Shown: positions 1-7,961, counted from the first letter of the stretch. The stretch is 64,000 nt of DNA from Polyangiaceae bacterium (GCA_016712345.1 JADJRH010000002.1:200466-264465), one strand, 5' to 3'. A program made the numbers and translations. The notes: generated from the letters alone by a model not told the origin.

Positions 1-2231
1 GTTGCTTTTCGAGCGAATGCCTGTTCAAAAAAACGCACGAGGTCGTCTCTGACGTTGGCATCAAACCGTTCGGCGGCGAGCACCAACTTGGCATCTGGGT
101 CAATGGCGCTTCCACCCGCAAATGTGGGGCGTGAACCGGCGATCATTTCGTGCAGGGTGACAGCGGCGCTCCAGCGATCGGCGGCAAAATCCCACCCATT
201 TCTACCCTCCGATCGAAGGTAAGGATCGCGGTAGACGGCAGTGCCCACCTGCACATTGGAAATGGGTAGACGCGAAAGCGAAAAGTCAAACAGGGTAAGG
301 TGGTCGGCCTGTTTGGTGGTTGAACCTACCCCCAGGTTGGCCGGTTTGATATCGCGATGAAGCACTTGGTGCTCTTCTAAATGTTCGATCGCTTGCAGCA
401 GGTCGTCGCCGTAGCGACTGGCTTCATCGAGCGAAACAGGCCCAAATCGAGCAATTTTTTGTTGGAGTGTCAACTCGCCGGCGAGGCTGAGCAGCAGACA
501 CTTTCTACCCTTCAGGGTAGGCTGACCGTGAAGCGCCACAATGCGCGCGTGCTTGTCGCGGTCGAGGTTTGAAAGGACAATTGCCTCGTCGGCGATGCGC
601 TCGTCATGGGTAGAGTCGAGCGCGATCTTGAGCGCAAACTCGCGCTCGTCTTTTAGCCTGCGCACGCGCAACACGCGCGCAGTCGCGCCGGTTCCAAGCA
701 GTTTGACCACCTGAAAGTCGCCGAGCCGCGCGTCTTTGGTCGCGGTGAGCGGATCGACCTCTTCAGGAGTGGACGCTTCATCAGGAGCGGTCGCCGCGTC
801 GAGCAAGATCTCCAACCACTCATCCACATCATCGGCTCGATTGACCGGTGCCACATCGGTGGCAAAGGTAAACACCTCGGCGATTTTGGGCGAAACGCCG
901 TCGTCTACCGTTCGGGGATCTAAGTAACGGGATCGTTCGAGCCGGCGATCAAGTTCTTCTGCCCGTTCAGCCGGCGCGCGGCCTGTGAACACAAAATAGG
1001 CGAGCGCTCCCAAGCTGAAAAGATCAGACTGAGTGCTGCGCGAAAGCGGGTTTTCACGCAGTTCGGGCGCTTGGTAAACCGCCCAATCTTCAAGTGCGAG
1101 AGCCGACCAGTGTTGGGTAAAGTCAACCCCTCCACCCGCTCCGAGTTGAAAATTGAAAAGGCGCGTGTCGATCTCGTTTGTATCGGGATGCCTGCGAACC
1201 AGCACCGATTGAGGCGAAACGGCGCCGTGAACAATGCTCTTTCGGTGGCAGTGAGAAAGCGCGCGCCCAACTTGCTCCACCATTGTCAACCGCTCCTCAA
1301 AGGGAAGCGTTGGGTTTTGGCGCATAAACGCGTCGAGCGGAACGCCCCCGGCAAAGTTGCCGAAAATGACAGTGGGACCGAGCGGCGCATCGCTCACATA
1401 ATCTGAAAGCTGGAGAACGTGCGGATGCTCGCGAACATCCCACAAAAGAGTGCTTTCACGTTCGGCCGCGCGACGAAGCTGCATCCGCCGATCCACACTC
1501 GCTTGTTGGGGCACGAGGTACACTCGCGCGCGGGTAGAAAAATTTTTATGACGATGGGTAGCTACGCGGTCTTGATATCCCGCTCCATCCACAAGCAGCT
1601 CCCCCAATTCATAACTGCCGGCCACGGCTCGACCCTTACGAGCGCGAATGCCCAGCGCTGAAAGGGCCTGCGCCACATCGTGCATGGTAGGTCGATCGAT
1701 CTTATCATTGCGATAGTTGTCAGGTGCACCCGGAAACTTATGAAACTGGACCGCCGCGGCGAGGTCTTTGCGAGTGACCACACGGATCATCCCATCGGCT
1801 TTCAGCCGAAGGTCGAGATCCGTGGCGCTCAAAAACACCAATGCCTCCACGTACGGGCATTTGGCCGGGTAGTTCATTTTCGACAAAAGGCGCGATTTAA
1901 GCACCTTTGCCTTGTAATTGCACAAGGACAGCGGCCCATCCATGTACACCGACCGGGCTTGACCCGGCGGTGTTCTATACCACTCGTGGTGATCACCTTC
2001 ATACCTGCCGGGGCCGCTTTTGATTTCGATCAAATACAGGGCTGAATAGCCCATGACCAACAGGTCAACTTCAAGCAGTCTACCCGTGGAAGGTTCAAGC
2101 AGCTCGGTGAGCGCCCACACATGAAAAGGATCGCTGTCGGGCAGAGCGGCGTAGGCAAATTCAAGCGCCTCGCGCTCGTGCGCATAAGGCGACTCTCCAA
2201 CAACGACTTTGCGAGCATTGGAAAGCGGCAT
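1..2231 (-). CDS. NERD-domain + tandem Ser/Thr protein-kinase-like protein (PglW-like architecture); 3' end runs off the left edge
   Basis: Own minus-strand translation from ATG at 2231: MPLSNARKVVVGESPYAHEREALEFAYAALPDSDPFHVWALTELLEPSTGRLLEVDLLVMGYSALYLIEIKSGPG, a NERD-type D..E.K core. A degenerate kinase-like domain follows (..HCHRKSIVHGAVSPQSVLV..), then a canonical one (VKLLGTGATARV, FALKI, HRDIKPANLG, LFDFSLS, GTAVYRDPYL). The frame stays open to position 1, so the ORF is missing from the track. Confidence 0.8.
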   Translation of the reverse strand, partial: MPLSNARKVVVGESPYAHEREALEFAYAALPDSDPFHVWALTELLEPSTGRLLEVDLLVMGYSALYLIEIKSGPGRYEGDHHEWYRTPPGQARSVYMDGPLSLCNYKAKVLKSRLLSKMNYPAKCPYVEALVFLSATDLDLRLKADGMIRVVTRKDLAAAVQFHKFPGAPDNYRNDKIDRPTMHDVAQALSALGIRARKGRAVAGSYELGELLVDGAGYQDRVATHRHKNFSTRARVYLVPQQASVDRRMQLRRAAERESTLLWDVREHPHVLQLSDYVSDAPLGPTVIFGNFAGGVPLDAFMRQNPTLPFEERLTMVEQVGRALSHCHRKSIVHGAVSPQSVLVRRHPDTNEIDTRLFNFQLGAGGGVDFTQHWSALALEDWAVYQAPELRENPLSRSTQSDLFSLGALAYFVFTGRAPAERAEELDRRLERSRYLDPRTVDDGVSPKIAEVFTFATDVAPVNRADDVDEWLEILLDAATAPDEASTPEEVDPLTATKDARLGDFQVVKLLGTGATARVLRVRRLKDEREFALKIALDSTHDERIADEAIVLSNLDRDKHARIVALHGQPTLKGRKCLLLSLAGELTLQQKIARFGPVSLDEASRYGDDLLQAIEHLEEHQVLHRDIKPANLGVGSTTKQADHLTLFDFSLSRLPISNVQVGTAVYRDPYLRSEGRNGWDFAADRWSAAVTLHEMIAGSRPTFAGGSAIDPDAKLVLAAERFDANVRDDLVRFFEQAFARKA

Positions 2232-2232
2232 G

Positions 2233-2925
2233 TCAGGTGGTGCCTCCCCTCGCAATCCGCGCATCTTCAGGTGCGGCGTCGTCGCTCACCAGGGCGCGTC
2301 CAATGGGAGTTTGACCTTCTACCGCGGTGCGCACGTCCGGGCTCTTGGTAAGATTTAACGCCAATGCCGACAAATAGGCGAGCTGACGATGGGAAGGTGG
2401 AGTGGCAATGACTGTGACTTGTTCGGCCCACGAAAGGCCCCCGTGAGAAGCAAACGCTTCAACAAGGGAAGCCACAGCCGAAGGGCCTGCAACCACCCAA
2501 CGGTCAATGGAAGACAGCGGACCCATGGCAACCGGGGTTAGCTTCACATCCCACGCGGCTGACCACGCTTGAAAAAGGGCCGAAATGCCGGCCGTAGCAG
2601 TAGATTCTACCGACGTTTGCCACAACTCTTCAGCATCTACAGGCAAAAGGCCCGGCCATTTGGCGCCGAACGCGTCGTCCTCGGCAACGGCTTTTTGAGC
2701 AAAGGTCGACCGCGCGCCAAACGCACCCGGCCATTCTGCATCGGCGTCGCGAAGCAAAAGGTCGAGCCGGTCGGCGGTGGTGAGGTCGCCCCGAAAGCCT
2801 GCCCAACGCGCATCTGCATCGGACCCAAAGCGACGACCGGTAGGTTTGCGCGCTTCGGCCCAATACAAGCCTGCGAGCGCAGTGCGGTAGAACGAGCGAA
2901 TTTCGTGGGTGGAAGGGGCTGCCAT
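2233..2925 (-). CDS. hypothetical protein, immediately upstream of and nearly abutting the NERD-kinase gene
   Basis: ORF 2233..3012. The internal ATG at 2925 (MAAPSTHEIRSFY..) is the likely start. Its TGA stop (2233-2235) lies 1 nt from the kinase ATG (2229-2231). No family recognised. Confidence 0.5.
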   Translation of the reverse strand: MAAPSTHEIRSFYRTALAGLYWAEARKPTGRRFGSDADARWAGFRGDLTTADRLDLLLRDADAEWPGAFGARSTFAQKAVAEDDAFGAKWPGLLPVDAEELWQTSVESTATAGISALFQAWSAAWDVKLTPVAMGPLSSIDRWVVAGPSAVASLVEAFASHGGLSWAEQVTVIATPPSHRQLAYLSALALNLTKSPDVRTAVEGQTPIGRALVSDDAAPEDARIARGGTT

Positions 2926-3082
2926 GGCGCGTTCGGGGCGAAGAATACACGATTCACGGCGTCTCAAGGCGCAGAATCGTCGGGGGGCGTTGCGGGGGGC
3001 GTTGCCCCTCAAGAACGAGTGCCCGTTTGAGGCCCTCTCTCGTGTGAGAGTTCAGCCGGACCAGACCTTCAAAGATCAAGCC

Positions 3083-3517
3083 ACCTAGAGCACCAATCGG
3101 TTTGATTCCGTAACCAAATGGATAGTTCACATGTGTACACAAACAGGCAGAAGCAAGGCAAGAAGGCCAGGCCCGAAGCTGCTACCCGGTGACAGACACC
3201 CAGTTCGGATCGCGTGGAGGGGGGCCCGCGGCCGACTTGCTCGGAGTTGGGGGTTAGGGAGCGAGTGACCTGTGCGCGTTCGAGCGGTGCGGTTTGGGCC
3301 CCATGCGCCACTGTCGGCGGGGAAGGGGCCCCGTCCGCGGGCGCTTGGGAAAAACCGTCACCGCGAGATGTGCACAGGTCAGGAGCGACCCGTGCGGGGG
3401 AGGAGGCGCGAGCCTCCTCCACTGGGAAAAGACTAGAGCACCTGCCGATATTTCTCGGCTTTCTCAAGTCACTAATCTTCTGATTTTACTCACGATTCAA
3501 ACCAATTGGTGTTCTAG
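3083..3517. repeat. GC-rich non-coding segment bounded by about 27-bp imperfect inverted repeats
   Basis: 3083-3109 cctagagcaccaatcggtttgattccg versus the reverse complement of 3492-3517, cctagaacaccaattggtttgaatcg (about 23/27 match). A third partial copy, ctagagcacc, sits at 3432-3441. ORFs inside look like GC shadow frames. Confidence 0.4.
3398..3419 (-). terminator. strong stem-loop (9-bp GC stem, 4-nt loop), possible terminator of the orphan toxin/immunity transcript
   Basis: ggaggaggc-gcga-gcctcctcc, about 95 nt downstream of the immunity gene stop on the minus strand. No U-tract follows. Confidence 0.3.
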
Positions 3518-4071
3518 GGAATGGTCACTTTTTCGAACAAAGCACCTGTGCATCCGGCCTGTTCCAAGCGGTTCTTCAACTCCATAGAAACGATCATCTC
3601 AACGTAAGATCCCCACAATCTGAAACAGTGAACTGGTGGTGGAATCTGACTTGTATCTAAGACTAATTTCGTGATTGACCGGTACTGACCTGCCAGATCA
3701 GCGCGGTGATCACTGGCTGTCCATTTTGTAAATCGAGATTGATTCTCATCCACGCATCGAAGAACCCGAAGGACGTTAACTGCCATCATCTGCGCGGACT
3801 CACCTAGTACAATCGGTAGGATCTGAACGTCGTCCCCGGCGACCTCTCTAAAAATGGTCGCCAACTTAGGTGTTACAATCGGGACTCCGAAACTTGTCAG
3901 CGAAAAATCTAACCTGGCTCCCCGGTGATGTATCGGAGCTGACAATGGGGTTGTCAAATGCAAAGCAATTCCGCCCTTCAGATCAGGTTCGGCACCGTCG
4001 GAAAGAGTAACTTCGCCGATGTGCCATCGGTTCGAACTTCGCATGTCGTCGAAAACTTGAAAGTACATCAT
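3514..4071 (-). CDS. polymorphic-toxin immunity protein (Imm11/DUF1629-like)
   Basis: 185-aa ORF. Its ATG overlaps the toxin stop in an ATGA (4068-4071). The C-terminus ..FRLWGSYVEMIVSMELKNRLEQAGCTGALFEKV resembles the DUF1629/Imm11 tail. Its position directly 3' of an RHS toxin tip supports the call. Confidence 0.6.
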   Translation of the reverse strand: MMYFQVFDDMRSSNRWHIGEVTLSDGAEPDLKGGIALHLTTPLSAPIHHRGARLDFSLTSFGVPIVTPKLATIFREVAGDDVQILPIVLGESAQMMAVNVLRVLRCVDENQSRFTKWTASDHRADLAGQYRSITKLVLDTSQIPPPVHCFRLWGSYVEMIVSMELKNRLEQAGCTGALFEKVTIP

Positions 4072-5552
4072 GGTTGAGTCAGTAATTTGTTAAGATCTGA
4101 ACCAGGCGTACTTAGCTCTTTGCTCATTGCGTCGAGTTCAGATCGAAAGGCTTCCGCGTACCTATCGCCCGAAAGCCCTCGGGTTGCGCGTTCCAAACGC
4201 TGGGACACTTCGCGATGATATGCTTCCGAATGGGGCCCGCGGTGTCCTGGGACTCGCACTTTATTAATTGCGTCATCGAGAGTCATTCCGGCCTTTTCGG
4301 CCATTCTTTCGAACCGCTGCGTCCACGGACCACCGTTGGATGACGAAACACGGTTCTTGTTTGTCATGATATGGTGCACCTGTCCATCCCCACCTTTTGG
4401 CGCCGACATCCATGCGTTAATCCCCGCCAAAATGTTTCCCGCACCACCCACAACGCCGACGGTAGAAACGGCAATTGCCGGCACTCCAACTGCCGCACCT
4501 ACCCCGGTCACGGTCGCCGCCCCGCCGAAGATCTCCCCACCAAGCGACGTGGCCGTGGTGTACAAACCGCCGCCAATCATCCCAAGCGCCTTGCCGCGCT
4601 CAAAGTACACCGAACGGCGCTTTACCAAGCCTTCCGCAAGGGCCGCTTCTTCGGCCACCCCTGCACCGGGTACAATGCCCAATAGTGCCCCACTAAACCC
4701 GCCCGCGATTGTCTGAAGAACGGGATGATTATACCACGGCTCGTCTTCCGCTTCCTCGTCAGGTTCGGCGGTTATGTCTTCCGATCCCGTGCTGTCCACG
4801 TCGGTTTTCGGCTCACCTACCCCGTGTTCCGCTTCTTTCTTAGGTTTGTCTTCCGTCGGCGGCCCGGCCTTTGATCCCGGTACAGAAATCTCCACATACC
4901 CACTCGGGTCCACGGGTAGGGAAGGCTCGCGCTTAGGTTCGCCGTCAAATCCGCTTGGGTCAGTATAGGTCAGCGGATTATTGAAAACGTAACTGTAGGG
5001 GTTCCACGCCTGACTGAATGTCCAATTCTGAATGATGGGATCAGTGCTCAGAAACCTACCCAACTTGGGATCAAACATTCGCCCTTTCATGTTGACTAAA
5101 CCGATCTCCCCATCGTCTTCATGCCCCGTAAATCCAAGCGAAATCGAATCTGGAAAGCTCGCAGGTATAGGGGCGCCCCACTCGGGATTTCTCCGCCGGC
5201 CGAAGGCGTCGTAACTGCGCCGCTCGGTGACCTTCCCATCGGCGTCTGTGAGTACGTCCACCGATCCCAAATGATCCGCGTGCACATACGTTGTGCCTGG
5301 TTGATTACCTCCAAGCGTGACAATCGCGATCACGCGTTCAGGCGAGTGCACATAAAATCGCTCGGTGAGCGCGTTCGCGGCGTCTTTGACACGTTCGTAC
5401 AGGTCGGCGAAATAAAGCGTTTCGTGCGTTGCGGTTAGATCGAGAGTGAACCGCGCTTGCCTGCGCAAAACGGGCTTGCCGTGCTTTGGCTCGCCTTCCT
5501 CGGGATGGTCAGAAACCAACGCGGCACCTAACAAGGTTGCCAAGCCGCCCAA
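4068..5552 (-). CDS. orphan RHS C-terminal cassette: RHS core end + Gly-rich linker + HNH/EndoVII (AHH-type) nuclease toxin
   Basis: Contains ..THETLYFADLYER..HADHLGSVDVLTDADGKVTERRSYDAFGRRR..GFTGHEDDGEIGLVNMKGRMFDPKLGRFLSTDP..NNPLTYTDPSGF, the RHS core terminus. The tip reads ..GQVHHIMTNKN..PGHRGPHSEAYHREV, an HH..N..H..H pattern. The first in-frame start is TTG and there is no ATG. Confidence 0.8.
   Translation of the reverse strand: MGGLATLLGAALVSDHPEEGEPKHGKPVLRRQARFTLDLTATHETLYFADLYERVKDAANALTERFYVHSPERVIAIVTLGGNQPGTTYVHADHLGSVDVLTDADGKVTERRSYDAFGRRRNPEWGAPIPASFPDSISLGFTGHEDDGEIGLVNMKGRMFDPKLGRFLSTDPIIQNWTFSQAWNPYSYVFNNPLTYTDPSGFDGEPKREPSLPVDPSGYVEISVPGSKAGPPTEDKPKKEAEHGVGEPKTDVDSTGSEDITAEPDEEAEDEPWYNHPVLQTIAGGFSGALLGIVPGAGVAEEAALAEGLVKRRSVYFERGKALGMIGGGLYTTATSLGGEIFGGAATVTGVGAAVGVPAIAVSTVGVVGGAGNILAGINAWMSAPKGGDGQVHHIMTNKNRVSSSNGGPWTQRFERMAEKAGMTLDDAINKVRVPGHRGPHSEAYHREVSQRLERATRGLSGDRYAEAFRSELDAMSKELSTPGSDLNKLLTQP
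4926..5436 (-). repeat. RHS-core homology block, inverted copy of 24446-24955
   Basis: Direct comparison: aaccgcaacgcacgaaacgctttatttcgccgacctgta.. is shared, and about 94 percent identity was seen over the first 96 nt aligned by eye. Identity collapses after ..gatttgacggcgaacc.aagcg.gagcc. Confidence 0.85.
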
Positions 5553-5735
5553 AAATGCGCGTGGGTGATTTTGGTGGGTAGACGACCCGCGAAGATTGTG
5601 CCCTTTTCATGATGGGCGCCTCGTTCTGGGGGCGTTCACGCTTTGTGGCGAGCCAGTCAACCGTTTCGCGTTGCGCGAAGGCCACCCAAGGGCAATGATG
5701 GGTAGGTTGCGGGGGATCTACCCATGGTTGAGGGG

Positions 5736-7622
5736 CTACTTCGGCTCCGGCGGATCGTAGATTTTCTTTACGTCGGCACCGCCCACGAACGCGTACGAGC
5801 CGGCGCTTCCATACCCATAAGCGACAATTCCAAAGGGCTTGTCACCTGACAGGTTGTGGGCGCCTTCTTGGAGCGGGCAGCGACGGGTTTCATACTCCAC
5901 ACCGGCGAGGTTGCCGGCCGGTTGGGTAGAACATCCACCCGGGGAGGTGCCGTCAATGGAGACGTTGGTGCCCACTTCGGCAACGATGACGACCCAATTT
6001 TGGTTCCACGAGCCGGGGGTTAGAATAACATATTCTGTGCGGTATTGGTCAACCGGTGGGAAGACGGTGAGGGAAGGATCGCCGATGTACGCACCGTCGC
6101 AGTATTGATTGCTGACAAGGATCTGACCAATCATGACGGGGGTGTCGGAGGTGACAACCACGTCGCCCTGGGTCCAGGTGGTTTTGACTTCACCCGGTTG
6201 GAGGGTGAATTGGTTGAATGGGGCGGGGAGGGTAGTGGTGACGTTGGTGACTTCGGCGGCGCCGACAAACCGGAGGATGTCAGGTTCTTTAAAGCCGCCC
6301 GTGGAACGCACGGGGCTGCGGGGAATGACGTAGTTTTTACCGACCGATTCCACCGGGAAGAGTTGGTCTTCAAGGTGGTCAAGGCAGCAGGTGTTGTCGG
6401 TTGTCCAACCGGGTGGGGTGGGAATGTCCACAACGCCGCCGGGAGCACCTGTGCTTTCTACCCCGGAGAATACGGCCACCGGCGCGTTGGCCGTGACAAG
6501 GGTACCTGACAAGTCGGCAATGGTTTTTGGATCGTCTTGGAATGTGCCGTCGTCCGTTTCAAGGTTGAGCACGTCAAACGGGCCAATGGTAAGACTGATG
6601 TCGCCGCCGGCTGGTGTGGCTGCAACGGGGGGATTTCCCTTGATTCGCCAGCTGGGTTTTACTTTGACAACGGTGTTGGGGGTGGTGCCGACAATGGTGA
6701 CATACGAGCGATCGAGAATGTTGAACCCGCCGAATTTGACGGGGTGGCCGGCGGGCCAGCCGATTACGCGGTAATAGGTTCCAAGTGCGTTGGTGGGTAG
6801 AAGAAGCGACGCATCGTTGGAATACGCGTTTTCAAAAACGTTGAATTGGTAGACAACGATGGGCGCGCTTGACTTAATGCGGAATGCGCGCGAGGAGAGG
6901 CAGGTTCCAGGGGAGGCGTAGTCGTTGGGTTGGACGCCGCAGTCAAGTTCACGCGTGGGTAGAACAAGGGCGTACAAGGCCCCGGGGTTGACCTCGGCGT
7001 CGGCGACTTTTGAAAGCTGGAGGGGTTGCCCGGGAGCGGCTTCGTTGATCTCAATGGAGACAACGGCTTTGGTTTGGCCGGCGTTGGAAAGCGCGACACC
7101 CCACGGTGCACTGGCCGGATCGTTGAAGCCGTCTTGTTGGTCAAGGTCAACCGCCCAAAATTCACACCCAACGTTGGAAGGTTGACCTTCTGCCACAACA
7201 CATGCGCTGATGCAGGCGCCGTTGGAACACGTTAAGCCGAGGGCCGGATCGCAGGTTTCTACCGGGGTGGTGCCGATTGTACCTTGGTCGGTGCACTGGT
7301 AGACATCATTGCCGAGGCAGGTTTTTCCACCGGGGTAACAGTCCACACAACCGAGCTTGGGAGCGCACGCTTTGGGGCATGTTTCAGGTGTGCCCGGCGT
7401 GCCGTCGCTGTTGCATGGGATGTAGGAGCCGGCGTTGCAAATGTCGCAAACATCGGAGTTGCCTCCGATGCCGCCGTTGCCGCCGTTGTTGGATGAGGTG
7501 GACGCCCCCGCGCCGCCGCCGCCTGTGGTGTTATTTGGAGCGGCGGAACAACCGAATTGAGATGGCAAAAGCGCCAAGAATAAAAGGGAAGAAATGGGTA
7601 GTAGGGTACGGCTCGAACGCAT
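5736..7622 (-). CDS. secreted Cys-rich lipoprotein, IgGFc-binding-protein-N-terminal-like domain (tentative)
   Basis: ORF 5736..7772. The likely start is the ATG at 7622, giving MRSSRTLLPISSLLFLALLPSQFGCSAAP (lipobox). A Gly/Cys-rich EGF-like stretch follows, then ..GCEFWAVDLDQQDG.. and ..VVYQFNVFENAYSNDASLLLPTNALGTYYRVIGW... Confidence 0.55.
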   Translation of the reverse strand: MRSSRTLLPISSLLFLALLPSQFGCSAAPNNTTGGGGAGASTSSNNGGNGGIGGNSDVCDICNAGSYIPCNSDGTPGTPETCPKACAPKLGCVDCYPGGKTCLGNDVYQCTDQGTIGTTPVETCDPALGLTCSNGACISACVVAEGQPSNVGCEFWAVDLDQQDGFNDPASAPWGVALSNAGQTKAVVSIEINEAAPGQPLQLSKVADAEVNPGALYALVLPTRELDCGVQPNDYASPGTCLSSRAFRIKSSAPIVVYQFNVFENAYSNDASLLLPTNALGTYYRVIGWPAGHPVKFGGFNILDRSYVTIVGTTPNTVVKVKPSWRIKGNPPVAATPAGGDISLTIGPFDVLNLETDDGTFQDDPKTIADLSGTLVTANAPVAVFSGVESTGAPGGVVDIPTPPGWTTDNTCCLDHLEDQLFPVESVGKNYVIPRSPVRSTGGFKEPDILRFVGAAEVTNVTTTLPAPFNQFTLQPGEVKTTWTQGDVVVTSDTPVMIGQILVSNQYCDGAYIGDPSLTVFPPVDQYRTEYVILTPGSWNQNWVVIVAEVGTNVSIDGTSPGGCSTQPAGNLAGVEYETRRCPLQEGAHNLSGDKPFGIVAYGYGSAGSYAFVGGADVKKIYDPPEPK

Positions 7623-7740
7623 GAGGGTAGAGTGCCCGAGTGCGCGTGAGAAGTCAGTACGAAACGACCGACGCAGTGCGGTAACTGAGACGTCTCGCAA
7701 CGACCTGAAACGCCTCGCGACGACCTGACATGTTGTACTA

Positions 7741-7892
7741 AACACGGAGGCACGGACTACACGGAGGTTCACGGAGATTTTCTATATTTCGGGCTGCAAT
7801 GGATGTCAGAAACGTTGTTTGGAACCGCGTTCTGCGAGCCGATTGCAGCCCAACAAACAAAGAAACTCCGTGTTCCTCCGTGATTCCGTGTT
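7741..7892. repeat. palindromic intergenic element with CACGGAG iteron arrays (copy A)
   Basis: Left arm aaCACGGAGgCACGGActaCACGGAGgttCACGGAGattttctatatttcGGGCTGCAATgg. The right arm is its imperfect complement: ccgATTGCAGCCCaacaaacaaagaaaCTCCGTGttcCTCCGTGattCCGTGttg. A related copy lies at 55146-55321. Confidence 0.75.
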
Positions 7893-7961
7893 GAAATGGA
7901 CGGTTCAGTTGGAGAAACGCACCAGGTTCTTGCCGGGTGGCGTCAGTTACCCAGAAGGCCC

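Noticed and set aside
3094-3112. cggtttgattccg resembles a tRNA T-arm, raising the idea of a tRNA fragment or att site
   Set aside because: The flanks do not form an acceptor stem or any other cloverleaf arm. The same sequence is simply part of the inverted repeat.
3371-3390. gcacaggtcaggagcgaccc is reminiscent of the SRP RNA CAGGUCAGG motif
   Set aside because: The rest of the conserved SRP helix-8 sequence (GGAAGCAGCC and so on) is absent.
3069-3587. Track ORFs 3069..3467(-), 3214..3483(+) and 3294..3587(+) inside the IR-bounded segment
   Set aside because: They overlap each other in different frames and are Arg/Gly/Pro-rich, like GC shadow frames. They have no start context and no recognisable motif, so the segment is treated as non-coding.
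5553-5735. Small ORF MKRAQSSRVVYPPKSPTRIF.. upstream of the orphan toxin, possibly a frameshifted true N-terminus across a T5 run
   Set aside because: The idea is attractive, because the joined sequence would look signal-peptide-like. It is only 33 codons, has no support beyond the homopolymer, and cannot be tested here.
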